Assembly (NCBI GenBank): GCA_046290225.1
Contig: JBKAGE010000036.1
Location: 128,001 to 192,000 of the forward strand
Direction of reading: 5' to 3'
Length of the DNA stretch: 64,000 nt
Source of the DNA: Bradymonadia bacterium
GTDB lineage: Bacteria; Myxococcota_A; Bradymonadia; UBA7976; UBA1532
The notes under the pieces are model-generated. The model made no database searches, was not told where the DNA came from, and was given only the letters and a program-made list of their open reading frames with translations. Positions 18,071 through 31,328 of the stretch are shown here, piece by piece; positions within the stretch are counted from its first letter, which is position 1, and the number at the start of each line of letters is the position of its first letter. The position numbers and the translations under genes are program-made.

Positions 18071-19273
18071 ATGTGGTGGGTGTCTGTCATCAGTCTCGGG
18101 GTCTTGTTGCTGTTCTGGACCCTCGCCTTGTTGAAGATGCTCAAGGGCGATCCCAAGCCCCCAGAGTACGTCCTCGACGACGAGACCACCCCGGATCCTC
18201 TCCCGGACACGTTGTCGCTCTCGGTGGTGATCCCTGCCCGGAACGAGGCCCACAACATCGAAGCCTGCGTGCGCTCGGTCCTCTCGACTCGATGGTCTGG
18301 GCCATTGCAGGTGGTGGTCATCGACGATCGCAGCACCGACGGCACAGGCGAAATCCTGGCCCGCATCGCCGCAGAGGACGATCGCCTCCTGGTCGTCGAG
18401 GGGGCAGATCCGCCGTCGGGCTGGCTGGGCAAGCCCCACGCCCTTCACCTCGCTCAGAAAGCCGCCACAGGGGATTGGCTCATGTTCATCGACGCCGATG
18501 TCGTGCTCGATCCGCTGGGCCCCCAGCGCATCATCGGCCGAGCGGCGAGCCAGGAGATCGGCATGTGCTCCGGCCTGGGGCGCCTGGTGGTGGAGAGCTT
18601 CTGGGAAAAGGTGATGATGACGCGGATGGGTGGCGTCATCGCCGGCGGCAACCCTCTTGAAGAGGTGAACGACCCAGAGCACGAGCGGGCGCTGGCCAAC
18701 GGGCAATGTCTGATCTTCAGTCGCGCCACCTACGACGCCATGGGCGGCCACGAAGCCATCAAGGGCAGCGTGCTCGACGACGTCGACTTCGCCCGCAAGG
18801 CCAAGGCCGAGAAAGTGCCCTACCGTCTCTACTTTGCTCCTGGCGTCTTCCGGTGTCGCATGTACACCGGCTTCAAGGAGATCTGGGAGGGCTGGACGAA
18901 GAACCTCTTCCCAGCGTTGGAGTACAGCTACTGGGTGACCTTCATCGTCACGGTGTTGCTCTTCGCCAGCACCGTCCTTCCCTTCGTGTTGCTGGCGAAG
19001 AATCTGGTCTGGATGGCCGCGGGCTACCCTGTGGACCCCACCATCCTCGGCTTGGAGATCGGCATCTGCGCTGTGGCCCTCGCCATGGATTTTCAGGGCC
19101 ATCGCACCCACGGCTACGCCGCAGGCACCTTCTGGACGTTCCCTCTGGGCATGTTCTTGATCGTGGTGCTCTTCTGGCGCAGCGCCTGGCGCATCGGATC
19201 CGGCAAAGGGGCTGTCTGGAAGGGCCGTGTGGTGGAAGCAGGCGGCCGCCCTCAAAAGCCCTCTGGTGACTGA
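18071..19273 (+). CDS. GT2 glycosyltransferase (HpnB/CrtQ-like)
   Basis: VVIPARNE, DDRSTDGT, GWLGKPHAL, FIDADV, ANGQC, LDDVDFA, RMY...EIWEGWTKN. Confidence 0.88.
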   Translation: MWWVSVISLGVLLLFWTLALLKMLKGDPKPPEYVLDDETTPDPLPDTLSLSVVIPARNEAHNIEACVRSVLSTRWSGPLQVVVIDDRSTDGTGEILARIAAEDDRLLVVEGADPPSGWLGKPHALHLAQKAATGDWLMFIDADVVLDPLGPQRIIGRAASQEIGMCSGLGRLVVESFWEKVMMTRMGGVIAGGNPLEEVNDPEHERALANGQCLIFSRATYDAMGGHEAIKGSVLDDVDFARKAKAEKVPYRLYFAPGVFRCRMYTGFKEIWEGWTKNLFPALEYSYWVTFIVTVLLFASTVLPFVLLAKNLVWMAAGYPVDPTILGLEIGICAVALAMDFQGHRTHGYAAGTFWTFPLGMFLIVVLFWRSAWRIGSGKGAVWKGRVVEAGGRPQKPSGD

Positions 19274-19283
19274 CACGTGATCG

Positions 19284-19396
19284 AAAATCTGAAACTCAGA
19301 TGTTCAGATTTTGTGGCAACGCCCTCCCCTCCACCTCCACCAAACTCATATTTTCAAGCACTTGCGCTCTCTCGAGCCGATGGCACGCCCTGTGCT
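19284..19396 (+). promoter_or_regulatory. sigma54 promoter with upstream palindrome and IHF-like site
   Basis: AAAATCTGAA-N9-TTCAGATTTT (19284-19312); TTTCAAgcacTTG (19352-19364); TGGCACG-ccct-GTGCT (19381-19396, GG-N10-GC). Confidence 0.7.
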
Positions 19397-19433
19397 CAAG
19401 CAGATGGCGAACTCGGAACTGGGAGATCAAGAC

Positions 19434-22400
19434 ATGAAGCGCAAGACCCCTCGTCTCTCTGGCCTCGTGGCCCCCGCCCTGCTCGCTGGCCTCGCCCTCG
19501 GCGGCTGCGATCAGGACACACCTGACACCACGGGCCCCGTGGGCGGTTCGGAGATCAACCCCGACAGGCCTCAGCCCGATCCGGATCCTGGTCAGACCGC
19601 GTTCATCTCCGCTGACGGCAACGCCGGCCAGCAGGCAGGTCGAGGCGACGACTTCGGCGCCGCCGGTGCTGAAGAGAACGCCGCGCCGCCTGCCGACGAT
19701 GGCGCCGCCGAGCGCACCGTAGAAGAGGGCGACATCTACCGGGTGCTCGACGGCAACCGCATCTTGAACCTCAACAGCTACCGTGGCCTGCAGATCATCG
19801 ACTTCAGCGATCCCGCCGCGCCGGAGATGCTCGGTCGGGTGCCTCTCTCGGGCAACCCCGTGGAGATGTACGTCGTGGGCGATCGAGCGGTGGTCCTGCT
19901 CAACCAGTGGGTGGGCTATTGGGGCAGCCGCGACGACTTGCGCTTCGGCCGCCACGAGGGCGGCGTGGTGGCCCTCATCGATCTCGCCGATCCCAGCGCC
20001 CCCCGACTGCTGGGGCAAATTCCTGTGCCAGGCTACATCCGCACCAGCCGGGTCACCCGAGAGGGCGATCAAGCAGCCCTCTACGTTGCCGCTCAGGTCT
20101 GGCAGACCTGGGACGAGTCCGGCCAGGCCGTCGCCGCCGAAGAGCAAACCGTCGTGCGCAGCTTCGAAATCAGCGGCGGTCGCCTCGCGCCCCGCTCCAG
20201 CATCTCCCTCGGTGGCTACGTCGCCGACATTCAGGGCACCCCCGAGGCCCTGCTCGTGGCCCGCAACGACTATGACTGGAATCGCGACGAGCAGGCTGGC
20301 AGCCAGGTCTCGGTCATCGACATCAGCAGCGCCGACGGCACCATGGTGGAAGGGGTCGATGTGCAGGTGGCGGGCATGGTGGCCAAGAAGACCGACATGG
20401 ATCTCCGCGACGGCGTGCTCCGTATCGTGAGCGGTAGCCGGTGGGGCGGGTCCGAGACCAACCACCTGCAAACCTACGATGTCACCGCCCCTGGTGAGGC
20501 CACCCCCATCGATCACGAGACCTTCGGCGACGGCATGGACCTCTATGCCACCCTGTTCATGCAGGAGAAGGCGTTCTTCGTCACCTACCGCCGGGTCGAC
20601 CCCTTCCACGCCTTCGAGATCACCCCTGAGGGCGACGCCACCGAGATGAGCGAGTTCGTAGTGAGCGGCTGGAACGACTGGTTCAAGCCCGTCTTCGGGG
20701 GCGATCGTCTGCTCGGTGTGGGCTTCAACGACGAGGGGGGCACTCGGGCGCTGGCGGTGAGCCTCTACGACAGCGAGAACCTCGTGAACCCCGAGCCCCT
20801 CATCGAGCGCGCCGAGGTCGACATGGAATGGGGCTGGTCCGAGGCCAGCTGGGACGACCGGGCCTTCACGGTGTTGCAGAACGCCGTGGCCATCGAGTCT
20901 GAAGACGGCGCCCTGGAGACCGGTTTGATCCTCCTGCCCTTCAGCGGCTGGAGCGAGGGCAGCCACTATGAGTCGGGGGTGCAGATCTACACCTTCTCAG
21001 AGCACACCCTCACCCGCCGTGGCGCCATGCATCATGACGCTCCAGTGCGGCGCTCTTTCATGGCCGAAGAGGCCCTCACGGCCAACCTCTCGGAGACCAG
21101 CCTCGATCTATACGACACCGCCAACCCCGACGCGCCGGAGCAGGTGGGTGGCATCGAGCTGGCCCCTGACTACAGCGACGTGCTCCGCTTCGGCGATCAC
21201 CGCGTGCGCCTCAAGGGCACCACGGGCTACTGGTGGTACGGCGACCGCGCTCTGCCTGACGCCGCGGCTCAGATCATCCCTGCCGGGGTGCACCCCGACG
21301 AGGCAACCCCCGTGGCCGAGATCACCCTGCATCCACGCAGCCAGCTGACCAGGGTGAGCGACGATCTGCTCGTGGCCTGGCACATGGAGTACGTCGATGC
21401 GCAACGCCAAGGGGGCGAGGCGCCGATCTACGAGACCACCCTCGACACATATGACCTGTCGAACCCCGCTGAGCCTCGCCACCTCGGCAGCCTCACCACC
21501 CGCGACATCATCCCCGGCGGCTACTACGGAAACGACTATGGTGGCTGGGGGCTCGAGGACTGCTTCGACTGTGGCCACTACTGGGGTCCCTGGCAGAGCC
21601 AGGGACAGGTCTTCGTCACCGGCGATGACGCCCTCACGTTCATCGGCCTCGAAGGCCAGCAAGAGGTCATCGGCGAGCAGGAGAGCTGTCACGAGTACGT
21701 CGACTACAACTGCGACCAGCGGGGTGGCGAAGAGGTCTGCTACTACGGCGGCATCACCTGCAATCGGCTCAACGGCGGCCCTGAGGTCTGCTATGGCAAC
21801 TTCGAGCGCTGCGAATACAGCCCCGAGGGTGGCAGCTGCGAGGCCATCGAGCGTGACGCGCTGCCCGAGGGCGCCCGCGTCGAGCGCAGCTGCCACACCC
21901 ATGACGTCACCCGTTACTGGCAGCGCCAGGTGGTCCAGACCATCGACTTGAGCGATCCCAGCGCCCCCGCCCTTCAGGCGGCGGTGAGCACACCCGCCGA
22001 CGACGAAGCTCAGGGCATCGTGCAGGACGGCGACACCCTCTACCTCTCCTTCAAGCACCCAGTAGAGATCGAGGGGGACGGTCGTCAGTTCGCCCGCTAC
22101 TACATCCGTCCGGTGACCTTCGCCGGCGCCACGCCCATGCTCGGTGACGCCATCAACGTGCCTGGCACCCCCCTCGACATCGAAGGCGATCAAATCATCA
22201 CGCAAGACCTGCTCTGGGGTGAGGAGATCGTCGAGACCGCGTTGGCGCGTCTGCAGATCATCGAAGCCGCCAATGGTCAACAGCTCGCCGTGCTCCGCGC
22301 TCGCCACCGCTTCGAGGGCCAGCTCGTGCACAAGGCCGTGCTCGACGGTGCCGGCAACGTCGCCGTGGCGCACAACCTCGCCTGGCAGATCGCCCGACGC

Positions 22401-22718
22401 GATGCTGAGCCCGACCACCGGCTGCATCTGAGCCTGCTCACCCTCGAAGATCTCGACCTGCAGTCCGCCACCGCCATCGATCACTGGGCCAGCCTGCAGG
22501 CAGCCCAGGCCGGTCGAGCGTTGTTCCAGGTCGGCGGCGGTCTGCTGAGCATCAACACCGAGAACGCCGCCCAGCCTGTGCCTCAGGCTTTCTTCCCCAC
22601 CCAGGGCTGGCCCAGCGGGGTCACCCTCGACGGCGGTGAGATCATCGTGCCCGCCGGTCGATTCGGGGTGTACCGCTTCGATCTCGACCTGCAGAACCTT
22701 CTGCCCGCCCCGCTCTGA
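19434..22718 (+). CDS. secreted beta-propeller domain lipoprotein
   Basis: lipobox LGGC; VEEGDIYR; LYATLF...FFVTYRRVDPF; WSEASWDDRAF; Cys-rich insert. Confidence 0.82.
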   Translation: MKRKTPRLSGLVAPALLAGLALGGCDQDTPDTTGPVGGSEINPDRPQPDPDPGQTAFISADGNAGQQAGRGDDFGAAGAEENAAPPADDGAAERTVEEGDIYRVLDGNRILNLNSYRGLQIIDFSDPAAPEMLGRVPLSGNPVEMYVVGDRAVVLLNQWVGYWGSRDDLRFGRHEGGVVALIDLADPSAPRLLGQIPVPGYIRTSRVTREGDQAALYVAAQVWQTWDESGQAVAAEEQTVVRSFEISGGRLAPRSSISLGGYVADIQGTPEALLVARNDYDWNRDEQAGSQVSVIDISSADGTMVEGVDVQVAGMVAKKTDMDLRDGVLRIVSGSRWGGSETNHLQTYDVTAPGEATPIDHETFGDGMDLYATLFMQEKAFFVTYRRVDPFHAFEITPEGDATEMSEFVVSGWNDWFKPVFGGDRLLGVGFNDEGGTRALAVSLYDSENLVNPEPLIERAEVDMEWGWSEASWDDRAFTVLQNAVAIESEDGALETGLILLPFSGWSEGSHYESGVQIYTFSEHTLTRRGAMHHDAPVRRSFMAEEALTANLSETSLDLYDTANPDAPEQVGGIELAPDYSDVLRFGDHRVRLKGTTGYWWYGDRALPDAAAQIIPAGVHPDEATPVAEITLHPRSQLTRVSDDLLVAWHMEYVDAQRQGGEAPIYETTLDTYDLSNPAEPRHLGSLTTRDIIPGGYYGNDYGGWGLEDCFDCGHYWGPWQSQGQVFVTGDDALTFIGLEGQQEVIGEQESCHEYVDYNCDQRGGEEVCYYGGITCNRLNGGPEVCYGNFERCEYSPEGGSCEAIERDALPEGARVERSCHTHDVTRYWQRQVVQTIDLSDPSAPALQAAVSTPADDEAQGIVQDGDTLYLSFKHPVEIEGDGRQFARYYIRPVTFAGATPMLGDAINVPGTPLDIEGDQIITQDLLWGEEIVETALARLQIIEAANGQQLAVLRARHRFEGQLVHKAVLDGAGNVAVAHNLAWQIARRDAEPDHRLHLSLLTLEDLDLQSATAIDHWASLQAAQAGRALFQVGGGLLSINTENAAQPVPQAFFPTQGWPSGVTLDGGEIIVPAGRFGVYRFDLDLQNLLPAPL

Positions 22719-22798
22719 AGCCTGCCAGCGCCCCCTGGCAGACACTCTTCGCGAAAACCTGCCCACCTTCCCCCTGCCCTCGGCTATATTCCCCCGCC

Positions 22799-23317
22799 AT
22801 GAGATGGCTGTTCCTCGATAGAATCACCGAGATGGTCCCCGGAGAGCGCGCCCAGGGGTTGAAGGGCGTCGCTTCGAGCGAGGACTACTTCGTCGACCAT
22901 TTTCCCAGCTTCCCCGTAGTGCCCGGCGTGGTGCAGGTGGAAGCCCTCGCCCAGCTGAGTGGCAAGCTCATCGAGATCTCGATCTACGAGAGCGAGCGTC
23001 GGTGGGTGTGGCCGATATTGAGCATGGTGCGCAAAGCCAAGTTCAGGCGGTTCGTGCGGCCGGGGGATCAGATGGTCATGACCACAGACATCGTCGAGCT
23101 GCGGGAGGAGTCGGCCATCTGCAAGGTGAAGTCCACTGTCGATGGTCAGATCACCACCAACGCCGAGCTGCTCTTCGTCTTCAACCCCGACCGGCTCGAG
23201 ACCGACGAGGCTCAGAAGCGGCTCGAAGGCCTCGAGCGAGCCAACCTCAAGGTGTTGTGGTCGGAGTACGAGGCCTGGGTCGAGCGGCTCGCCGCGGACG
23301 ACGCAGCTCAGGGCTGA
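22799..23317 (+). CDS. 3-hydroxyacyl-ACP dehydratase-like hotdog protein (FabZ family)
   Basis: LFLDRI, DHFPSFPVVPGVVQVEALAQ, KFRRFVRPGD. Confidence 0.82.
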   Translation: MRWLFLDRITEMVPGERAQGLKGVASSEDYFVDHFPSFPVVPGVVQVEALAQLSGKLIEISIYESERRWVWPILSMVRKAKFRRFVRPGDQMVMTTDIVELREESAICKVKSTVDGQITTNAELLFVFNPDRLETDEAQKRLEGLERANLKVLWSEYEAWVERLAADDAAQG

Positions 23318-23462
23318 GGCCATTTCGACGCGCCCACTTCATCAGCCCCAGCGCATTGGGCTCACCTCGACATCGCGGTGATTGCCGGCCTCCTCGGGCG
23401 GTGGTACACCCTCAAGCACTCATCTTCACTTCGCACCCACACAGGGGCAGCAGCAAGCGGTT

Positions 23463-25139
<1,677 letters not shown>

Positions 25140-25144
25140 CCTAT

Positions 25145-25309
25145 GCTCCGGCGCTCCGGCTCTGTGGCCCGCCATCTGAGCGGCGATTTGGCGCATATTC
25201 GCGGCGCCAAAATGCTCGACGCAGCGCTGCTGCGCCTGCGCTTTTGCCACCACGACTGCGCGCCAACTCACCACTCAGATGACGACCCCCAGAGCCTCCG
25301 CGCCTCCGC
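25145..25309. repeat. 165-bp structured dispersed repeat, copy A
   Basis: 6 differences from the inverted copy at 26788-26952; long imperfect palindrome. Confidence 0.92.
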
Positions 25310-25409
25310 TGAGGCTCTTTCCTACCACCTCTCTTTACTGTTGCTTACCAGTGGGTGGTGTAGGCCCTGATTTCATCTCGACCGAGCCTTAGCGGGCCAG
25401 GATGACACC

Positions 25410-25676
25410 TTGAAGCGATCACAGCTGATCATGCTCTGCCTTTGGCTCACCATTCTGTGCTCTCTTGGGGCGGTGGCCACCCGTTTGATTCGATTCCCTG
25501 ATGGGCAAATGAAAGACATGTTCATCATGATCAGCCCCATCTTCTTTGGCATCGCCGCCAAAAACGGCACTCGGCTTGGTCGAGCGGCCACAGTGGTCGC
25601 CTTGATTGGGCTCGTCTTTGCTGGAGCCGCGCTCTTTGCCGCCATCACCAGCAAAGTGCCGACCCCACCCACCTAA
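25410..25676 (+). CDS. small membrane protein
   Basis: three hydrophobic segments; TTG start; lower GC. Confidence 0.5.
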   Translation: MKRSQLIMLCLWLTILCSLGAVATRLIRFPDGQMKDMFIMISPIFFGIAAKNGTRLGRAATVVALIGLVFAGAALFAAITSKVPTPPT

Positions 25677-25699
25677 GACCGACAGCACACAGAGGCGCA

Positions 25700-26134
25700 A
25701 TGGCCATCAAGTCTGCCCCCTGGCACCCCATCACCGCGCACATCGAGGCTCTCTACGGCGTCAGCAGCCGAGGGTTTGGCAACTTCGGCTTCTGGTTTGC
25801 TGATGGCGAGATCTGGATCAGCCCAGCGGGGTTTCATCACCCCGACAGCCTCGCCGATCTCCAGAATTGGGGCTGGCCGGTGCTCACAGCGTTGCCACCT
25901 GAAGGCGAGGCAACGGGGGATTTGCTCAAGATGATCGGGGCCGACGCCAAGCGCAACGTCGTGCAGGTGAACGACGCACAAGCAGAGCAGTTCACCCAAG
26001 GGCGCCTCGATCCCGAGCTCTGGGCCAATGTTGAACACACGGCGCCCCACCTCGCGGTGTGTAAAGGCCACCTGGCCCTCGGCGGCGTCGTCGCCACCAC
26101 AGGCGAAGCGCTCTCCGCTCGTTGGTTCGGATGA
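25700..26134 (+). CDS. hypothetical protein
   Basis: GAGG before ATG; plausible globular composition. Confidence 0.6.
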   Translation: MAIKSAPWHPITAHIEALYGVSSRGFGNFGFWFADGEIWISPAGFHHPDSLADLQNWGWPVLTALPPEGEATGDLLKMIGADAKRNVVQVNDAQAEQFTQGRLDPELWANVEHTAPHLAVCKGHLALGGVVATTGEALSARWFG

Positions 26135-26149
26135 CCCCGAAGGTCTAAG

Positions 26150-26479
26150 ATGAACTGGCTGTATCTCGCGGGCGCGATCTTGGCAGAAGTCGTGGCCACG
26201 ACATGTCTTCAAGCCAGCAATGGTTTCACCCGTCTGTGGCCCTCCATCGTGGTGGTGGTGGGCTATGGCCTCGCCTTCTACTGCCTCTCGCTCGCTCTGC
26301 GCTCAATCCCCATGGGGATCGCATACGCCATCTGGTCAGGGGTGGGCGTGGTCATGATCACGCTGCTCGGATGGCTGCTGTATGGGCAGAAGATGGATCT
26401 CGCCGGGGTGGTCGGCATCGGCCTCATCGTGGCGGGCGTGGGGGTGCTTAACGTGTTCTCGAGAGCAGCCACCCACTGA
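26150..26479 (+). CDS. small multidrug resistance (SMR) efflux protein, EmrE/QacE type
   Basis: conserved TM1 Glu in [31 protein letters not shown]; 4 TM helices. Confidence 0.93.
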   Translation: MNWLYLAGAILAEVVATTCLQASNGFTRLWPSIVVVVGYGLAFYCLSLALRSIPMGIAYAIWSGVGVVMITLLGWLLYGQKMDLAGVVGIGLIVAGVGVLNVFSRAATH

Positions 26480-26498
26480 GCGGGCCCCACTCAACGAA

Positions 26499-26624
26499 TC
26501 AGTCGTGGCCTTTGTTGATCCAGTTGGAGTTTCGGAAGCGGGACGTTGTCTCGTCGAGTTCGTCTAGATCGGACAACTCAAGATCTGGGTGAAGGCGCGC
26601 CGCCCGTGCCAACAATGTCTTTTC
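26499..26624 (-). pseudogene. orphan diverged copy of the 3' end of yfhL
   Basis: 27/41 aa identical to the YfhL C-terminus by hand count ([17 protein letters not shown]-stop); no Cys clusters or start. Confidence 0.8.
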
Positions 26625-26641
26625 AGCTTTTCGTCGGCGAG

Positions 26642-26724
26642 GGTGGTGGCGGTCATCGTGATGTCGATGAGGCCGTGTGGCAAATGCCTCCGCAGGTATG
26701 GCGGAGAAAGCGCAGGCGCAGCAG
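26642..26724. repeat. degenerate half copy of the 165-bp element
   Basis: 26642-26671 matches copy C at 24/30 nt; 26707-26724 is identical to 26853-26870. Confidence 0.6.
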
Positions 26725-26787
26725 AGCAAGAACCCCCAGTCCCTAAAAAAAGCCCCCAAAGCCATAGAAATGCCAAGGCCGAGGCCC

Positions 26788-26951
26788 GCGGAGGCGTGGA
26801 GGTTCTGGGGGTCGTCAGCTGAGTGGTGAGTTGGCGCGCAGTCGTGGTGGCAAAAGCGCAGGCGCAGCAGCGCTGCGTCGAGCATTTTGGCGCCGCGAAT
26901 GTGCGCTAAATCGCCGCTCAGATGGCGGCCCACAGAGCCGGAGCGCCGGAG

Positions 26952-26952
<1 letters not shown>
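26788..26952. repeat. 165-bp structured dispersed repeat, copy B (inverted relative to A)
   Basis: reverse complement matches copy A; begins at the yfhL stop codon. Confidence 0.92.
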
Positions 26953-28241
<1,289 letters not shown>

Positions 28242-28242
<1 letters not shown>

Positions 28243-29237
28243 CAGTGAGATTCGTCGGGCACACACGCGCGCAGCTCCTGAGTCGGTGTCTGACCCGCCA
28301 CGCGGGGATCAGGTGGGTCGAGATACCCCGTGCGCCACAGGGCGAGGGTCTGTCGGGTGGTGTAACGAGGGGTGTAGTCCAGTGCCAGGGGCATCATCGA
28401 CACATCGAGAGGGGCCGAATCCACGAGACGCTCCCACTCCCCAGGGCCAAAGTTGATGCGTTTCGTGCGCTGCAGAAGCTCCAGGCCGCCCCGAGCCACC
28501 CAAGGATTGAGGTTGACCACCGGCTTCTCGAGGATGCCAGCCATCACCGACAGCGGCACCGCCTCCGTCCCGGCCACGTTCACCGGGCCCACCAGATCAG
28601 GCACCTGCAGCGCACGCACCAAAGCTTCCGCGGCGTCGTCCACATGGAGAAACTGCAATAGCGGATCGCGGCCTCGGCGGCCCAGAATCCAGGGCGATCT
28701 CAGCATGGCGTCGATGCGGGTCTCCACATGGGGCCCGATGACATGACAGCACCGCAGGGCCACAGCCTCGAGGCGGGGGTGAATCTCCGCAAAGCGCCAG
28801 AGGCGTTTTTCCGCCTGCAAGCGGCGGATGGCGTGGCGAGGCGCCACCTGCTCTCCCCACACCGGATCCGACTCTTTGCGTGGTGTCTGGTCGAAACGAT
28901 CACCCGTGGCGTAGACGTCGTAGCCGCTCATCTGCACCACGCGGCGTACTCCGGTGAGGCCGGCGGCTTCGAGGACCTTCTCCGTGGCCAGCACCGCGGT
29001 CTTGCTTCGGGCGCTGTTGCCGAAGACCAGGTTGAGTACGCACTCGATGTCGTTGAGCACCATCAGATCGCCCACGTCGATCGAGGTGAGATCGCCATGG
29101 ATGAACCGCACGGGGCCCAGCTGCTTCGGGGGACGCTGATCGATGCCGAAGACTCGGCCAAAGGGGTTCTTGTGGATCAGTCGACGGACCACCGCCTGAC
29201 CCAAATAGCCGCTCAAACCAGTGATGAGGATGTTCAA
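28242..29237 (-). CDS. NAD-dependent epimerase/dehydratase (atypical SDR)
   Basis: ITGLSGYLG, QFLHVDDAA; GGAGG before TTG. Confidence 0.82.
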
Positions 29238-29376
29238 CGCAACCTCCAGCACATCTGCCCAGGGCAGATCCTGGCACCGATCTACACCCTGAAGCGCTCG
29301 TGATCGAGGGGGTCGGCGCTCCACCTCACACAGAGGGCGAGGCGCGGAGGTTGCCTACGCTCGACGTGGCCGTGCC

Positions 29377-30345
29377 TCAGTGGTTGGCCTTGAACCAGTT
29401 CACAGTCTCTTCGATGCCTGCCTCGAGAGAGATGCGCGCCGAAAAGCCCAGACGCTCTGCGGCGCGAGACACGTCGAGCACTCGACGGGGTTGCCCGTCG
29501 GGCTTGGTGGTGTCCCACATGACATGGCCCTCATACCCCGCAGCGCGGGCGATGAGTGCGCTGAGATCTTTGATGGGGGTCTCTACACCCGTGCCGAGGT
29601 TCATCGGCGCAGGGCCCACGTCCTGGGCCAGCGCCAGAGCGATGCCCCGAGCGGCGTCACGGATGTGCAGGAACTCACGACTCGGGGTGCCGGTGCCCCA
29701 GTTCACCACCTCGGGCGTCCCGGCGCGGGCGGCCTCGACGAAGCGGCGAATCAGCGCCGCCACCACGTGACTGTGGCTGGGGTCGAAGTGATCTTCGGGG
29801 CCATACAGGTTCGCGGGGATCACCACGCTGCTGTTCACACCATATTGGCGCTGATAGGTCTCACACGCTTCGTGCAACAGCCGCTTGGCCATGCCGTAGG
29901 GCCCAGTGGCCCCTGTGGGCGGCCCACCCCAGATCGAGTCTTCCTGCTGGGGCAACGGGGCATCTTGCGGGTATGCACAGGTGGTGCTGATGAGGACCAG
30001 CTTCTCGGTGCCGGCCTGACGGGCCTCTTCGAGCATCATCAGGCCCATCATGGCGTTCTCGTAGAGGAACCGGCCTGGGTTCTCCACGTTGGCGCCGATG
30101 CCTCCACACGCAGCAGCGAGATGCACCACTGCTCGAGGCTTCACCTCACGGTAGAGCGCCCGGACCTCGGATTGCTCGATGAGGTTGTAGTCCGCGCTGC
30201 CGAGGGCCACCACTTCAGCGCCGTGATCAGTCAAGGCCTCGCAGACATACCGGCCGAGGAACCCGCGGCCCCCAGTCACAGCCACCCGCATGTCTCGAAA
30301 AGAATGAGCGAGCAGGATGCGCTCGTCGTCCGGGGAGAGACTCAT
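29377..30345 (-). CDS. fcl: GDP-L-fucose synthase-like epimerase/reductase
   Basis: VTGGRGFLG, HLAAACGGIGAN, STTCAYP, YGMAK, NLYGPEDHFD, WGTG.PSREF, KPDGQPRR. Confidence 0.82.
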   Translation of the reverse strand: MSLSPDDERILLAHSFRDMRVAVTGGRGFLGRYVCEALTDHGAEVVALGSADYNLIEQSEVRALYREVKPRAVVHLAAACGGIGANVENPGRFLYENAMMGLMMLEEARQAGTEKLVLISTTCAYPQDAPLPQQEDSIWGGPPTGATGPYGMAKRLLHEACETYQRQYGVNSSVVIPANLYGPEDHFDPSHSHVVAALIRRFVEAARAGTPEVVNWGTGTPSREFLHIRDAARGIALALAQDVGPAPMNLGTGVETPIKDLSALIARAAGYEGHVMWDTTKPDGQPRRVLDVSRAAERLGFSARISLEAGIEETVNWFKANH

Positions 30346-31328
30346 GCCCCGGTGGCCTTGGCCAGGAAGTGGTCCGCATACCAGCGGGCCGTACGGGCGA
30401 GGCCTTCTTTGAGCGACACCTGCGGATCGTAGCCCAGGCCCCGGAGCTTGCCGATGGCCGGACACCTACGCTTGGTGCCCCCCTCTCGCAGCGGCCCGGG
30501 GATCACGTTGAGCGTCACCCCGAGGGCCTCACCGATGCCTTCCACGAGGGCCTTGATGGAGATCTCTTCTTCGACGCCGAGGTGATAAATCTCACCATCA
30601 CCACCGTCGAGACCCGCGATGACCGCACCCCGAGCCCCATCGTCGATGTAGCAGAACGCCCGGGTCTCCGATCCGTCGCCCTGAATCGGCAGATCGATGG
30701 CCGTCTTCGTAAGGCCTTCAGACAACCGCACGATGCGCTCCACGATCTCGGGGATCACGTGCTCGAAGCCCATGTCGGGGCCATAGATGTTGTGGGGTCG
30801 GAAGATTGAGGTCTCCAGACCGCGCTTCCCGCCAAAGTGCAGCGTGAGCAGCTCGCTGGTGATCTTGCCGCCGCCATAGCTGAAGCGGGGGTTGGTCACG
30901 TCGGGGATCATGAGCCGCTCGGACTCGTCCGTGGGCACATGGGTGGGGGTGTTGTAGGTCTCCGACGTGCTGGCGAGGACATAGCGACGCACGCCGCAGG
31001 CCAGGGCAGCGTCGAGGGTGTTGATGGCCCCCTTCACACCCACCTCGAGCACATCGTCGGGGCGCTCGTAGAAATAGCGCGTGCCGTTGATGTAGGCCAG
31101 ATGCCAGACCACCTCGCAGCCCTCGGTGGCTTTGAGGACCGCCTCGGCGTCGCGGACGTCACCCTGCACCAGCTCCATGTTGCCTTCGATCCCCGCCAGG
31201 CGACCGGAGCGGCCTCGGGAGTGATCGTCGAGGACCCTGACGTGGTGACCTTCACTGCAGAGCTCTTTGACCAGGGCAGCGCCGATGAAACCGGAGCCGC
31301 CGGTGACCAGCATCTTCATTCCGCTCAT
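30342..31328 (-). CDS. NAD-dependent nucleotide-sugar epimerase/dehydratase
   Basis: VTGGSGFIG, ASTSETY, YGGGK, RPHNIYGP, GDGSETRAF. Confidence 0.88.
   Translation of the reverse strand: MSGMKMLVTGGSGFIGAALVKELCSEGHHVRVLDDHSRGRSGRLAGIEGNMELVQGDVRDAEAVLKATEGCEVVWHLAYINGTRYFYERPDDVLEVGVKGAINTLDAALACGVRRYVLASTSETYNTPTHVPTDESERLMIPDVTNPRFSYGGGKITSELLTLHFGGKRGLETSIFRPHNIYGPDMGFEHVIPEIVERIVRLSEGLTKTAIDLPIQGDGSETRAFCYIDDGARGAVIAGLDGGDGEIYHLGVEEEISIKALVEGIGEALGVTLNVIPGPLREGGTKRRCPAIGKLRGLGYDPQVSLKEGLARTARWYADHFLAKATGA

Noticed and set aside
26499..26933. 144-aa ORF as a real gene (also 25143-25370 and 57750-58217)
   Set aside because: read-through of the repeat element plus the yfhL fragment; not a coherent protein
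29329..29350. additional copy of the 165-bp element (GAGGCGCGGAGG)
   Set aside because: only the terminal motif matches; no core hairpin
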